The notes below the pieces were generated by a model, which saw only the letters and a list, made by a program, of their open reading frames with translations, was not told where the DNA came from and did not search any database. This document shows positions 16,674 to 25,977 of a DNA stretch of 64,000 nt, one piece after another. How positions within the stretch are numbered: the stretch's first letter is position 1; each line of letters begins with the position of its first letter. The translations under genes were made by a program, and so were the position numbers. Source of the DNA: Clostridia bacterium (GTDB taxonomy: Bacteria; Bacillota; Clostridia; Oscillospirales; CAG-272); NCBI GenBank assembly GCA_017462545.1, contig JAFTQX010000027.1:30331-94330 (forward strand). The letters run 5' to 3'.

Positions 16674-17591
16674 ATGACACTTTTGGTTCTTGCAGCCGGC
16701 ATGGGTTCTCGTTACGGTGGATTGAAGCAGCTTGACCCTATGACGCCGCATGGTGAGTTTATTATTGACTTTTCTGTATATGACGCCATTCGCGCCGGTT
16801 ACAACAAGGTTGTATTCATTATTAAAGAAGAGAATTACGAGCTTTTTCGTTCTACCATCGGTAAGCGTATCGAAAAAGTGATTGATGTAGAATATGCGTT
16901 CCAGGGGATGGAAATTCCCGCAGGTACGGTTGTAATACCGCCTGAACGTGTAAAACCGCTTGGTACTGCACATGCGCTCCTGTGCGCAAGAAAGAACGTA
17001 ACTGAAAAGTTTTCGGTTATCAATGCTGATGACTATTACGGCCCCGAGGCGTATCGCCTGGCAGCTGAATACATGAATCAGTCTCCGGACTACGGTCATT
17101 TTTGCATGGTCGGTTATGTGCTGAAAAACACGCTCACCGAGCATGGTACAGTTTCTCGTGGTATTTGCGTTGCCAATGAAAATGGCATGCTCGACAGCAT
17201 CACCGAGCGCACAAAGATCCGCCATGCAGCCGATCATAACAACGCGGAGTATACAGAAAACGACCAATGGTATCCGCTTGCCTATGATAGCATCGCATCT
17301 ATGAATTTCTTCGGGTTTGATCCGTCGATCTTTGATTTTGCAGAAGAAGGATTCCGCAAATTCTTGACCGATCCGAACACCGATTTGTTAAAGGGCGAGT
17401 ATTTCCTGCCTTCTGTCGCTTCTGCCATGAACGCAGCAGGGAAGTGCGACCTGAAGGTTTTAAAAACGACCGATAAATGGCATGGGGTTACTTATCCTAA
17501 GGATAAGGCCGAGGTTGTTGATTGCATCCGCGAGATGATCGCAAAGGGCGTTTACCCCGACGGGCTTTGGAAATATTTTATTCATATATAA
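16674..17591 (+). CDS. NTP-transferase domain protein (putative sugar-1-phosphate nucleotidylyltransferase)
   Basis: N-terminal LVLAAGMGSRYGGLKQLD nucleotide-binding loop; 305 aa; immediately upstream of galE. Confidence 0.75.
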   Translation: MTLLVLAAGMGSRYGGLKQLDPMTPHGEFIIDFSVYDAIRAGYNKVVFIIKEENYELFRSTIGKRIEKVIDVEYAFQGMEIPAGTVVIPPERVKPLGTAHALLCARKNVTEKFSVINADDYYGPEAYRLAAEYMNQSPDYGHFCMVGYVLKNTLTEHGTVSRGICVANENGMLDSITERTKIRHAADHNNAEYTENDQWYPLAYDSIASMNFFGFDPSIFDFAEEGFRKFLTDPNTDLLKGEYFLPSVASAMNAAGKCDLKVLKTTDKWHGVTYPKDKAEVVDCIREMIAKGVYPDGLWKYFIHI

Positions 17592-17603
17592 GGAGGATCT
17601 ATT

Positions 17604-18620
17604 ATGGCAATTCTCGTAACAGGCGGTACCGGCTATATCGGTTCTCACACAGTGGTAGAGCTGCTGAAGGCAGGCGACGATGTTGTTATCGTTGACAATC
17701 TTTGTAACAGCAAGCTGTGCGTACTTGACCGCATTGAAAACATCACCGGCAAGCGCCCCACATTCTATCAGGTAGACCTTTTGGATGCTGACGCGTTGGA
17801 TGAGGTGTTTGCAAAGCACCCCGAGATCAACGCCGTTATTCACTTCGCAGGGCTGAAGGCTGTTGGCGAATCTTGTCAGTTGCCGCTGCTTTACTATCAC
17901 AACAACCTGACCGGCACCTTTATTCTTCTCGAAAAAATGCAGAAATACAACGTCAATCGCATTGTATTCAGCTCTTCTGCTACGGTATACGGCATGCCCA
18001 AGAGCGTTCCGATCCGCGAGGACTTCCCGCTGTCCACTACCAATCCGTATGGTGAGACCAAGCTGATGATCGAGCGTATTATGAAAGATGCTTGCACGGC
18101 AAATAAAAATCTGAGCGTATCCATTCTTCGTTACTTCAACCCCATCGGCGCACATGAGAGTGGTACCATCGGTGAAGATCCCAAGGGCATTCCGAACAAT
18201 CTGTTACCTTATGTTGCCAAGGTTGCCGCAGGCAAGCTGCCGCACCTGAACGTGTTTGGTAACGACTATCCTACGCCTGACGGCACTGGTGTACGCGACT
18301 ATATTCACGTTGTAGACTTGGCATTGGCGCATCTCAAGGCACTTACTCGCACAGAGAAGGTGCAGGGAATTGAGTATTTTAACATCGGCACCGGTGTTGG
18401 CTATTCCGTTCTGCAGATCGTAGCCGCATTTGAAAAGGCTTATGGTTCTGAGGTGAAGTATGTCATCGCAGATCGCCGCCCCGGTGATATTGCTGAATGC
18501 TACGCAGATCCGACCAAGGCAGCTGAGATTCTCGGTTGGCGCGCTGAGCGTGATCTGGCAAAAATGTGCGAGGATTCTGCAAGATGGCAGAAGATGAACC
18601 CCGACGGATACGGCGAATAA
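17604..18620 (+). CDS. galE: UDP-glucose 4-epimerase
   Basis: ILVTGGTGYIGSH, SSSATVYG and YGETK (YxxxK) motifs; 338 aa. Confidence 0.95.
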   Translation: MAILVTGGTGYIGSHTVVELLKAGDDVVIVDNLCNSKLCVLDRIENITGKRPTFYQVDLLDADALDEVFAKHPEINAVIHFAGLKAVGESCQLPLLYYHNNLTGTFILLEKMQKYNVNRIVFSSSATVYGMPKSVPIREDFPLSTTNPYGETKLMIERIMKDACTANKNLSVSILRYFNPIGAHESGTIGEDPKGIPNNLLPYVAKVAAGKLPHLNVFGNDYPTPDGTGVRDYIHVVDLALAHLKALTRTEKVQGIEYFNIGTGVGYSVLQIVAAFEKAYGSEVKYVIADRRPGDIAECYADPTKAAEILGWRAERDLAKMCEDSARWQKMNPDGYGE

Positions 18621-18663
18621 TTCCTCATATAAAATTCGGCAGATCTCATTTTTCTATAAAAAA

Positions 18664-18697
18664 TAAAAAAAGGCCTCCTGTTTGGGAGGCCTTTTTA
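18664..18697. terminator. bidirectional terminator between galE and the TrmH-family gene
   Basis: A-run, aggcctcc / ggaggcct stem, T-run. Confidence 0.8.
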
Positions 18698-18709
18698 GTG
18701 TTTAGCATA

Positions 18710-19486
18710 TTACTCGCAATTCTGTCTGAATATTTCATAAGCGAGCATTGTTGTAGCAGATGCGGCAGAAAGGGATGCCCTGAATTCACGACCGTACCCG
18801 ATTTTGACAAGCAAGTCGGCTTTGTCTAATAGAGCGCGAGAAATACCGCGACGTTCGCCACCAACAATTAACAGGATTGGTTTTTTCAAGGGTGTTTTAT
18901 GTAGTAAATGATCTGTTCGCTCGTCTGCACACACAACTGTGTAACCACGTTCGTGGAAGAAATCAGCCGCCTCAAGCGGTTCGGATACATAGACGGGGAG
19001 CATCTCGGAAGCACCGGCTGAGGAGCGCGCTACAACACCGGCCGCGCTTAACCAATTGCGCTCGGGTAGAATAATGCCATCTACACCGCAAGCATACAGC
19101 GAACGAATGGCATAACCAAAATTATAAGGATCCTCAATACCTTGTATCATCGCGTAAAATCCTGTTTTTTTGACATTGCCGGCCTCGGACAGCATCGGTA
19201 ATGTACGAGATCCGCACTCGGCGAGCAGGCCGCCATGCGAATTGCCAATGGCAAGCGTGTTGATCTCTTCTTCGCCGGTCGGCAGCAAAGGAAAACCGTA
19301 TTCTTTACTCATTGCGCGCAAATAGGAAAGCTCCTTATACAGCTTATCCTGCTTTTTTTCATCGTACAGCAGTCGCTCAACAGGTCGATCATTCGTTCCG
19401 GCCTTTCGCCCCGCAAAAAGAGCGCGCAGGGAAGTCATACCTTCCAAAATAGTAGAATTTTGAAATTTTATATCTTCTTTTTGCAT
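18710..19486 (-). CDS. TrmH/SpoU family RNA 2'-O-methyltransferase (RlmB-like)
   Basis: N-terminal substrate-binding region plus SpoU methylase motifs (GI.DPYNFG...RS, LIVGGERRGIS, IGYGREFRASLSAASA). Confidence 0.85.
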   Translation of the reverse strand: MQKEDIKFQNSTILEGMTSLRALFAGRKAGTNDRPVERLLYDEKKQDKLYKELSYLRAMSKEYGFPLLPTGEEEINTLAIGNSHGGLLAECGSRTLPMLSEAGNVKKTGFYAMIQGIEDPYNFGYAIRSLYACGVDGIILPERNWLSAAGVVARSSAGASEMLPVYVSEPLEAADFFHERGYTVVCADERTDHLLHKTPLKKPILLIVGGERRGISRALLDKADLLVKIGYGREFRASLSAASATTMLAYEIFRQNCE

Positions 19487-19565
19487 GTAAAAAACAAGCC
19501 TTTCATATATTGAAGTATCAAATATAGGGAGAGGCTGCTACCATTGGTGGCAACCGCAGAGAGTC

Positions 19566-19871
19566 ATGCTTTATCAAAACCAGGGTGAAAGATGTGAAAT
19601 GTTAGCGCAATATTTGATTGAACATCACGCAACAGTGCGACAAGCTGCACGGGTATTCGCAGTTAGTAAAAGTACCGTACATAAGGATGTGGCCGTGCGC
19701 TTAAAGCAGGTCAATCCAAGCTTATTTGAATGTGCCAAAAAAATTCTTGAAGAAAACAAATCAGAACGACATTTGCGAGGCGGCGAAGCAACCAAGCAAA
19801 AATATCTATACCTACAAAACACACTTAAGAAAGCCGCGAACGAAGAAACTCAACCGTTTGTGACGAAGTAA
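19566..19871 (+). CDS. spoIIID: sporulation transcriptional regulator SpoIIID
   Basis: ERCEMLAQYLIEHHATVRQAARVFAVSKSTVHKDV......NP.L.......L..NK.ERHLRGGEATK.KY matches my recollection of B. subtilis SpoIIID almost motif for motif. Confidence 0.9.
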   Translation: MLYQNQGERCEMLAQYLIEHHATVRQAARVFAVSKSTVHKDVAVRLKQVNPSLFECAKKILEENKSERHLRGGEATKQKYLYLQNTLKKAANEETQPFVTK

Positions 19872-20535
19872 TACGATAGGCAGTTTCGCCACGCATGTTT
19901 GTTATTTTATTAACAAGCGATGTGGTAATAGGCGGACGATCAATCGCATTATGCGCATTGGAGCCGAGAAGAACGTTTTTTTCGGCAAGAGACAGCTTGA
20001 TGACAGTTTGCGCAATTTCAGAATAAATCAACGCATTGGCACCAACCTGGAAAATGGTATTAGGTAAGCCGCAAAGACGTGCAAAGTCGGCCGCGCTATA
20101 CATAAAATAGTACCGTTCCAAATGACAAATAACCAGTCTGAGTTGTCTCTTATGCAGAAGTGCTGATATTTCGCGCATCATCCAATCTTCAAATTTGCCA
20201 AGTGGTAACGCAATCGGTAAATAGGGTGTGCCGGGTATGCACAATTTTTGTAACTGCGCAACACTACCGAGCCCGGGCAGCAGAAGCACTTCAGCAGAAA
20301 GAAACAACCGAAAACGATTAAACGTATCACCAAGAGCCAAGCGCAATGCTTGATGACTTTCGCGCCGTCGGCGCAAAAAGATATCGACAGTTTCACGATC
20401 CGCGTAAAAATGTGGGGTAGCGATAGCCAACCGACAATCTTCATGCTTTAAATAGCGAAACATCTGTACGGCGGCATCTAAGCAAGGACCGTTATCCATG
20501 TTCGGCAAAAGATGGATATGCGCATCGTAATACAT
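19825..20535 (-). CDS. PHP-domain protein, CpsB/YwqE-like tyrosine phosphatase family
   Basis: MYYDAHIHLLPNMDNGP N-terminus, later ATPH and GSNAHN motifs. GGAG lies 6 nt before ATG 20535. The 3' end overlaps spoIIID convergently by 47 nt. Confidence 0.7.
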   Translation of the reverse strand: MYYDAHIHLLPNMDNGPCLDAAVQMFRYLKHEDCRLAIATPHFYADRETVDIFLRRRRESHQALRLALGDTFNRFRLFLSAEVLLLPGLGSVAQLQKLCIPGTPYLPIALPLGKFEDWMMREISALLHKRQLRLVICHLERYYFMYSAADFARLCGLPNTIFQVGANALIYSEIAQTVIKLSLAEKNVLLGSNAHNAIDRPPITTSLVNKITNMRGETAYRITSSQTVEFLRSRLS

Positions 20536-20737
20536 AGAAAACTCCATTCATCATCCCATGGGTATATCATAACAGATTTTACCTTAAATTACAAGATGGA
20601 ATAAGAAAGTTTCTTGTTATGCCATGATTGCAAACCATAAAATAAGCTAACAAAAAACATGCTCGCTGCATCCAAACGCAAAACACCCCCTCAAAAATGC
20701 CGTACCGAGCACCATTTATGGCAAAAGCCCTCCCCTT

Positions 20738-20767
20738 GATTATACAAAATTTACATTTTGTATAATC
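20738..20767. repeat. perfect 13-bp inverted repeat with 4-nt spacer (operator-like palindrome)
   Basis: gattatacaaaat-ttac-attttgtataatc. No flanking T-run on either strand. Confidence 0.8.
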
Positions 20768-20831
20768 AGCACGCTCGCTATACATTGTAGCACATCTATG
20801 CTACTCTGTCAAGGGGTGTTTTTCTTTTTGC

Positions 20832-21041
20832 CTATTTGAGTATATCGCGTAATGCCTGTAACGCTGTTTGCTCGTCTACGTGGAGCACGTGAGCGATCAA
20901 CCAAAATTCTGCCGCGGAGATCTCGCGGACGCCCATTTCGATGGTTGTATACCGTCGATTGATATCATAACCGACCGACATTTAGCCAGTTATGCTTTTT
21001 GTGAGATGCATTTTTTGTAAAGCAACAATTTCCTCCGGCAT
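20832..21041 (-). pseudogene. XRE-family HTH gene interrupted by an in-frame TAA
   Basis: My hand translation gives MPEEIVALQKMHLTKSITG*MSVGYDINRRYTTIEMGVREISAAEFWLIAHVLHVDEQTALQALRDILK*. It reads as one HTH_3-type domain split by a stop (complement of 20982-20984). No Shine-Dalgarno is visible upstream. Confidence 0.4.
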
Positions 21042-21209
21042 AGATAGAAAAACGCTATTTTATTATCGTTTCTAGGTTTTAAACCAATTTTTATATATAT
21101 CCAAAAACTAAATTTGCGTTTTTTCAAAAAAACTCTTCCATTTTTGCTAGATGTATGTTATAATATATAAAAATACACAGGCCATGCCTGCCTACGGAGG
21201 ATATTGATT

Positions 21210-21632
21210 ATGAAATTGCGCGTTCTTACTGCTACCAACAAAGGTAAACTGATTTCTATTGCTGAAATGCTTGCCAAGAAAGGTGAAGCTGAATACGCTG
21301 TAGATGTAATTCCCCCCGCATATTCTTGTGACCGCGAAAGACTGGTTATTCTTGTTGTATCTGCAGCGGCAAAAATGCCCAATGCATTCTCTATCTTCTG
21401 TAAGGATCTTGGCCGTGGCAGAACGCAGCATGTCGCTCTGTTGGTAGACGGTACTCCCGAAAATGCCGCCCCGATCATCGAGTGGATCAAGGGCGCAGGC
21501 TCGCACGTTTGTGATGAGGTGCTTTATATGAAGGGCGGTCTTCCCTTCAAGTTCTTGCGCGGCGTTTCTGAAGAAGAGACCGCTACCGCTGCTGCTTGGC
21601 TTGATAGAATCATGGCCGACATTCAGAAATAA
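21210..21632 (+). CDS. hypothetical protein (141 aa)
   Basis: GGAGGA lies 8 nt before ATG 21210, a terminator follows, and I recognise no family motif. Confidence 0.55.
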   Translation: MKLRVLTATNKGKLISIAEMLAKKGEAEYAVDVIPPAYSCDRERLVILVVSAAAKMPNAFSIFCKDLGRGRTQHVALLVDGTPENAAPIIEWIKGAGSHVCDEVLYMKGGLPFKFLRGVSEEETATAAAWLDRIMADIQK

Positions 21633-21645
21633 TTTTCGTTCAATC

Positions 21646-21677
21646 CCCACCGCAAAAACGGTGGGAATTGTTTTTTT
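21646..21677 (+). terminator. intrinsic terminator
   Basis: cccaccg-caaaaa-cggtggg followed by aattgttttttt. Confidence 0.75.
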
Positions 21678-21712
21678 CTTTTAAAAAACTTAAAAAAATT
21701 CTTTATAACCTA

Positions 21713-21741
21713 TTGCATTTTTGGAAAAAATATGTTATACT
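21713..21741 (+). promoter_or_regulatory. sigma-A promoter of tRNA-Ser
   Basis: TTGCAT, 17-nt spacer, TGtTATACT. The tRNA starts about 12 nt downstream. Confidence 0.65.
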
Positions 21742-21752
21742 ATTGGAGTCGT

Positions 21753-21844
21753 GGAGAGATGGCTGAGCTGGTCTAAGGCGCACGACTGGAAATCGTGTAA
21801 CCGTTGATAGCGGTTCAAGGGTTCGAATCCCTTTCTCTCCGCCA
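21753..21844 (+). tRNA. tRNA-Ser (anticodon GGA), CCA encoded
   Basis: Acceptor ggagaga/tctctcc, anticodon loop ct-gga-aa, long variable arm (gtaaccgttgatagcggttc), T-loop gttcgaatc; 92 nt. Confidence 0.9.
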
Positions 21845-21846
21845 GA

Positions 21847-21878
21847 AAACCTCCATCGCAAACGCGATGGAGGTTTTT
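21847..21878 (+). terminator. terminator after tRNA-Ser
   Basis: aaacctccatcgc-aaac-gcgatggaggttt followed by tt. Confidence 0.85.
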
Positions 21879-21909
21879 CTCTTCCATATCTTGTAAAAAG
21901 AGGTATATT

Positions 21910-22845
21910 ATGATTGCCGAAGCATTGATCTATCAAGTAGGCTTGCTGTTCTTGATGCTGATACCCGGTATAATACTGGCCAAATGCGGCCTTTCTACTG
22001 AAGGGCTTGGAAAAGGGCTTGCTAACCTTGTTCTGTACATCGCGCAGCCGGCCTTAATCGTGGTCGCCTATGTGCGTGCGTTCGACCAAGAGATCCTATG
22101 GAACGCCATATGGGTATTTATTTTTTCCATTCTCTCTCACTTCCTTTTTGCCGGTGTAGCCTTCCTTTGCTTCAAAAATGCTGAGGAAGGAAAACAAAAA
22201 ATCCTACGCTTTGCGACTATTTTTTCCAACGCCGCTTATATGGGCATCCCGTTGATCGTGGCAGTATTGGATGACGAGGCTGCCATCTATGCCTCGATTT
22301 ACAACATCACATTTAATCTGTTCCTTTGGTCGCTTGGCGTCATCATTTGTACGGGAGATAAAAAGCAAGCTTCCGTCAAGAAGGTTTTGCTGCATCCTGT
22401 AACCATTTCTGCCGCAATTGGTCTTGCCATCTTCCTGCTGCCGATTGATACCTATATTCCCAAGATTTTGGTTGATGGCATGGACATGCTGAAGAATTTG
22501 GTCGCGCCACTATCCATGATCATCATTGGCTTGCGACTGGCAGACCTGAAATTTCGTGGAATCTTTCGTGATCGATATCTCTATGAGTTTTTATTCATTC
22601 GCATGCTTTTGCTGCCCGCGGTAATCTTTGTCATAATGAAAGGACTATCCTTTATTTTGCCCGGCATTAACGAAACGGTCATGACAGTAATTTTGGTAAC
22701 TGCCGCAACGCCTGCGGCAACCGCAACCTCGATGTTTGCTGAAAAATATGATGGGGACGCCACTTACGCCGGCACACTTGTTTCGCTCTCTACCCTGCTC
22801 TCCGTGTTGACAATGCCGCTGATTTCCCTACTTCTCAATGTTTAA
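21910..22845 (+). CDS. AEC (auxin efflux carrier) family transporter
   Basis: 311 aa with about 10 hydrophobic helices in a two-half architecture typical of the AEC/malate permease family. Confidence 0.8.
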   Translation: MIAEALIYQVGLLFLMLIPGIILAKCGLSTEGLGKGLANLVLYIAQPALIVVAYVRAFDQEILWNAIWVFIFSILSHFLFAGVAFLCFKNAEEGKQKILRFATIFSNAAYMGIPLIVAVLDDEAAIYASIYNITFNLFLWSLGVIICTGDKKQASVKKVLLHPVTISAAIGLAIFLLPIDTYIPKILVDGMDMLKNLVAPLSMIIIGLRLADLKFRGIFRDRYLYEFLFIRMLLLPAVIFVIMKGLSFILPGINETVMTVILVTAATPAATATSMFAEKYDGDATYAGTLVSLSTLLSVLTMPLISLLLNV

Positions 22846-22850
22846 ATTTT

Positions 22851-22885
22851 AAAATGCCGAAGTCCATAAGACTTCGGCATTTTTT
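22851..22885. terminator. bidirectional terminator
   Basis: atgccgaagtc-cataa-gacttcggcat flanked by an A-run and a T-run. Confidence 0.85.
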
Positions 22886-23720
22886 ATCCTTTGACAGCTC
22901 CGGCAACGACACCGCGTATAATATGCTTTTGCATCAACGCATAGAACAGAACAATCGGAATGATGGCGAGCACCAGCATGGCCATCAATGCCCCCATATC
23001 ACGCGAACCGTATCCCCCTTGTAGATATTGCACCGCCACCGGAATGGTTCTGTATTTGGAGCCAATAACAAGGAGCGGCAGCAAATAATCGTTCCAAACC
23101 CACATGGCATTCAGCACGGCTACGGTAATCGAAATGGGTTTCAAAATCGGTAGAATGACATAAAAGAAACGCTGGGGCGGCGTGCATCCATCAATTTCTG
23201 CCGCCTCTTCAATTGCCAACGGAATGCTACGAATAAAGCCATAGAACATAAATACAGAGAGCCCGGCGCCGAATCCAAGATAGATCAAAATGATACCAAT
23301 CGGGTTTTCCAAGTGAAGAACATTGGCTATCTTGGACATCGTAAACATGACCATCTGAAATGGGACGATCATGCTGAAGATCAACACATAGTAGATGATT
23401 TTTGTCGTCCGTGTTCTTACACGCGCTAAATACCAGGATGCCATGGAGGTAAACAACAGGATAGTCAACACAGAAAACACCGTAATAAACAAGGAATATC
23501 CAAGCGCACTGAAAAAGCCGATCTTTTGAATGCCGCTGATATAGTTCTCAAGTCCGACAAACGTATCGGGCGATGGGAGTTTAAATGGCTCTGCCGAGAT
23601 ATAAAACTGCCCTTTGAAGGAGTTCATCAGAACGATTATGATAGGCAGAATGAATAATGCTGTTAGGGCGGCCAATAGAATCACAAGAAGTGTGTTCGTA
23701 ACTCTTTTGGAGATTCTCAT
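22884..23720 (-). CDS. carbohydrate ABC transporter permease (MalG-like)
   Basis: Six TM helices and an EAAEIDGCTPPQRFFYVILP EAA loop. Confidence 0.9.
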   Translation of the reverse strand: MRISKRVTNTLLVILLAALTALFILPIIIVLMNSFKGQFYISAEPFKLPSPDTFVGLENYISGIQKIGFFSALGYSLFITVFSVLTILLFTSMASWYLARVRTRTTKIIYYVLIFSMIVPFQMVMFTMSKIANVLHLENPIGIILIYLGFGAGLSVFMFYGFIRSIPLAIEEAAEIDGCTPPQRFFYVILPILKPISITVAVLNAMWVWNDYLLPLLVIGSKYRTIPVAVQYLQGGYGSRDMGALMAMLVLAIIPIVLFYALMQKHIIRGVVAGAVKG

Positions 23721-24562
23721 ACATCAGCCTCCTTGCGGCGTGTCAGGCGCATCTGAAGCAATGCCAGCAACGCCACCAGGATAAAGAAAACGACCGCTTT
23801 GGCCTGCCCCACTCCCTCTTGTCCGATGCTGCCGTAAAAGGTATTATAAATATCCAAAGCCATCATTTGTGTTTGTTTGCCGGGGGCACCTGCGGTTAAG
23901 GCATAGTTCTGATCAAACATTTTGAATGAGTTGCTGAGCGTAAGAAATGTGCAGATCGTAACCGATGGCATTACAAGCGGGAGTGTAATGTTTTTTAATG
24001 TTTGCCAGCCGCTCGCACCATCAATAGCTGCTACCTCGTGCAGCTCATGCGGAATGTTTTGCAAACCGGCGACATAGATAATCATCATATAGCCAATCAT
24101 CTGCCAATTCATCAACACAACCAATCCCCAAAAGCCATATTGTGCGCTATAGGTTAGATCTACACCGCGTGCAGCGAGAATGCCGTTGATAATCAGCTGC
24201 CAGATATATCCCAACACAATGCCGCCGATCAGATTTGGCATAAAAAACGCGGTTCTGAAAAAGTTCGTGCCGCGCAGTCCTTTCGTTAGCAAAAGCGCGA
24301 GGATAAAAGCCAGCAGATTTACAGAAAGAACAGAAACCACCGTAAACTTTGCGGTAAAGCGAAATGCATTTAAAAAGTCACTGTTTGCTGCAAAGGCCTT
24401 TATATAGTTTGAAATGCCCACAAATTTCGCGTCGGTAACCGTAGTAAACTCGGTAAAGGATAACCCAACGCCCATGACAAACGGCACAAGAAAGGCAATC
24501 ACAAACGCAATGAGCGTAGGCAAAAGAAAGAGCCAAGCATATTTTCGCAGACTTCTCTGCAT
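23717..24562 (-). CDS. sugar ABC transporter permease (MalF-like)
   Basis: EVAAIDGASGWQTLKNITLPL EAA loop and a 4-nt overlap with the next permease. Confidence 0.9.
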   Translation of the reverse strand: MQRSLRKYAWLFLLPTLIAFVIAFLVPFVMGVGLSFTEFTTVTDAKFVGISNYIKAFAANSDFLNAFRFTAKFTVVSVLSVNLLAFILALLLTKGLRGTNFFRTAFFMPNLIGGIVLGYIWQLIINGILAARGVDLTYSAQYGFWGLVVLMNWQMIGYMMIIYVAGLQNIPHELHEVAAIDGASGWQTLKNITLPLVMPSVTICTFLTLSNSFKMFDQNYALTAGAPGKQTQMMALDIYNTFYGSIGQEGVGQAKAVVFFILVALLALLQMRLTRRKEADV

Positions 24563-25878
24563 CAGGCGATTTCATCCTTCCAGCGGGTGACAAAGAGTGA
24601 GACGACGTCCTCCCATGTCTTTGTTCCCTGTGCGTACTGCAAAAGTGCCGCGCCGAAATCTGTCTTGAAATTCTGGCTCGGGAATATCGAGAAGATCCAC
24701 GGAACGGTCTGTACGCCTTCTTTATTCATCCATTGATAAACTTCCTTGCCAAGAGGATCGGATGGCTCCTCTACCTCCTCAAACGTGTCGTAAGGGGCAA
24801 TAAAGTTCAGCTTGTTGGTAACAAAATCCTTCCCGCTATCGCTGGTGTACAGCCATGTGAGAAAATCCTCAGCCATTTTTTGCTTTTCGGCACTGACTTG
24901 CGAATTGATGGCAAAAAAGTTTTCTGTACCTACACAAAGCCCTTGATTTTCTTCTCCGGCCATGCCGGTATACAGCGGTAAAAATTTAATGTTCTCTGCC
25001 TTTACACGGTTGCCGCTTACCTCGTTGATCTGACTCCATGCCCAGTTGCCGTTTTGCACCATTGCGCATTGACCAAGAGCGAATTCTGCCATAGAATCGG
25101 CTACTTGCTTGCTGCCGAGCAGTTTGGGATCTGTTGTGGAATGATTGATATAAAGATCAAACAAATTCTTATACTTATCCTGGTAGATGAAACTGATATT
25201 GCTCAAATCATCTTTACTGATATCAATGTTTTTGTCTTTTAATTCATAATAGATCGGCATATTGGCCAGATGCGTTTGATAACGCCAGTCCTCGCCGGAT
25301 TTGAGTGATGTGGAAGCAAACACACCATTGATGCCCAACTCACTTTTTCGTGCTGTCATATCACGAACAAGTGCAGACAGCTTTTCAAAATTGTTGACCT
25401 CATCCATAGAGGAAAAGCTTGTAGCCCGCCCGGAAAGCGCAAAATACCGATCGGTGATCTCTTTGTTATAAATGATACCATATCCCTCTACAACGGCAGG
25501 CAGGCCATAAACACCATCGCCGGATGTGATTGCCAATGAGGGGTCGGTCAAGTGTTGGTACAGTTTTGTACCGGAAAGATCCTTGCAGTAATTCTTCCAA
25601 GCGGCATAACCGATCACGCCGTTGATCTGGAATAAGACAGGTGCATCGCTTTTACTGATTTCGGATTTCAGCGTCTGCTCATACGTGCCCGATGCAGCAG
25701 TTACAACCCGCAGCGTCACCCCGGTTTCTTCTTTATATTTTGTTGCGATCTCTTGATAGGCCGCTGCAGATTCCGGTTTGAAATTCAAAAAGTAAAGTGT
25801 ATTTTCATCATTCTGCGCACAAGAGACAAGCGGCAACATCAACACGCACAGAATGCAACATAGTAGTATCCTTTTCAT
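24562..25878 (-). CDS. ABC transporter extracellular sugar-binding lipoprotein
   Basis: Lipoprotein signal LMLPLVSC and family-1 SBP length (438 aa). First gene of the three-gene importer; no ATPase gene is adjacent. Confidence 0.9.
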   Translation of the reverse strand: MKRILLCCILCVLMLPLVSCAQNDENTLYFLNFKPESAAAYQEIATKYKEETGVTLRVVTAASGTYEQTLKSEISKSDAPVLFQINGVIGYAAWKNYCKDLSGTKLYQHLTDPSLAITSGDGVYGLPAVVEGYGIIYNKEITDRYFALSGRATSFSSMDEVNNFEKLSALVRDMTARKSELGINGVFASTSLKSGEDWRYQTHLANMPIYYELKDKNIDISKDDLSNISFIYQDKYKNLFDLYINHSTTDPKLLGSKQVADSMAEFALGQCAMVQNGNWAWSQINEVSGNRVKAENIKFLPLYTGMAGEENQGLCVGTENFFAINSQVSAEKQKMAEDFLTWLYTSDSGKDFVTNKLNFIAPYDTFEEVEEPSDPLGKEVYQWMNKEGVQTVPWIFSIFPSQNFKTDFGAALLQYAQGTKTWEDVVSLFVTRWKDEIA

Positions 25879-25936
25879 GGTTTTCTCCTTCCTTTTTCAT
25901 GCATGATTAGTGTATCACCAATTGAAGGACACATGC

Positions 25937-25976
25937 AAAAAAGCGCCCTGCCAAATATCGGCAAGGCGCTTTTTTT
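25937..25976. terminator. bidirectional terminator between the parC-like gene and the ABC operon
   Basis: agcgccctgcc / ggcaaggcgct (one mismatch) flanked by an A-run and a T-run. Confidence 0.7.
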
Positions 25977-25977
25977 A

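Noticed and set aside
20579-20785. 68-aa minus-strand ORF in the AT-rich gap
   Set aside because: It has no RBS, an odd Cys/Phe-rich composition, and it runs across the 13-bp palindrome. It is probably a chance ORF.
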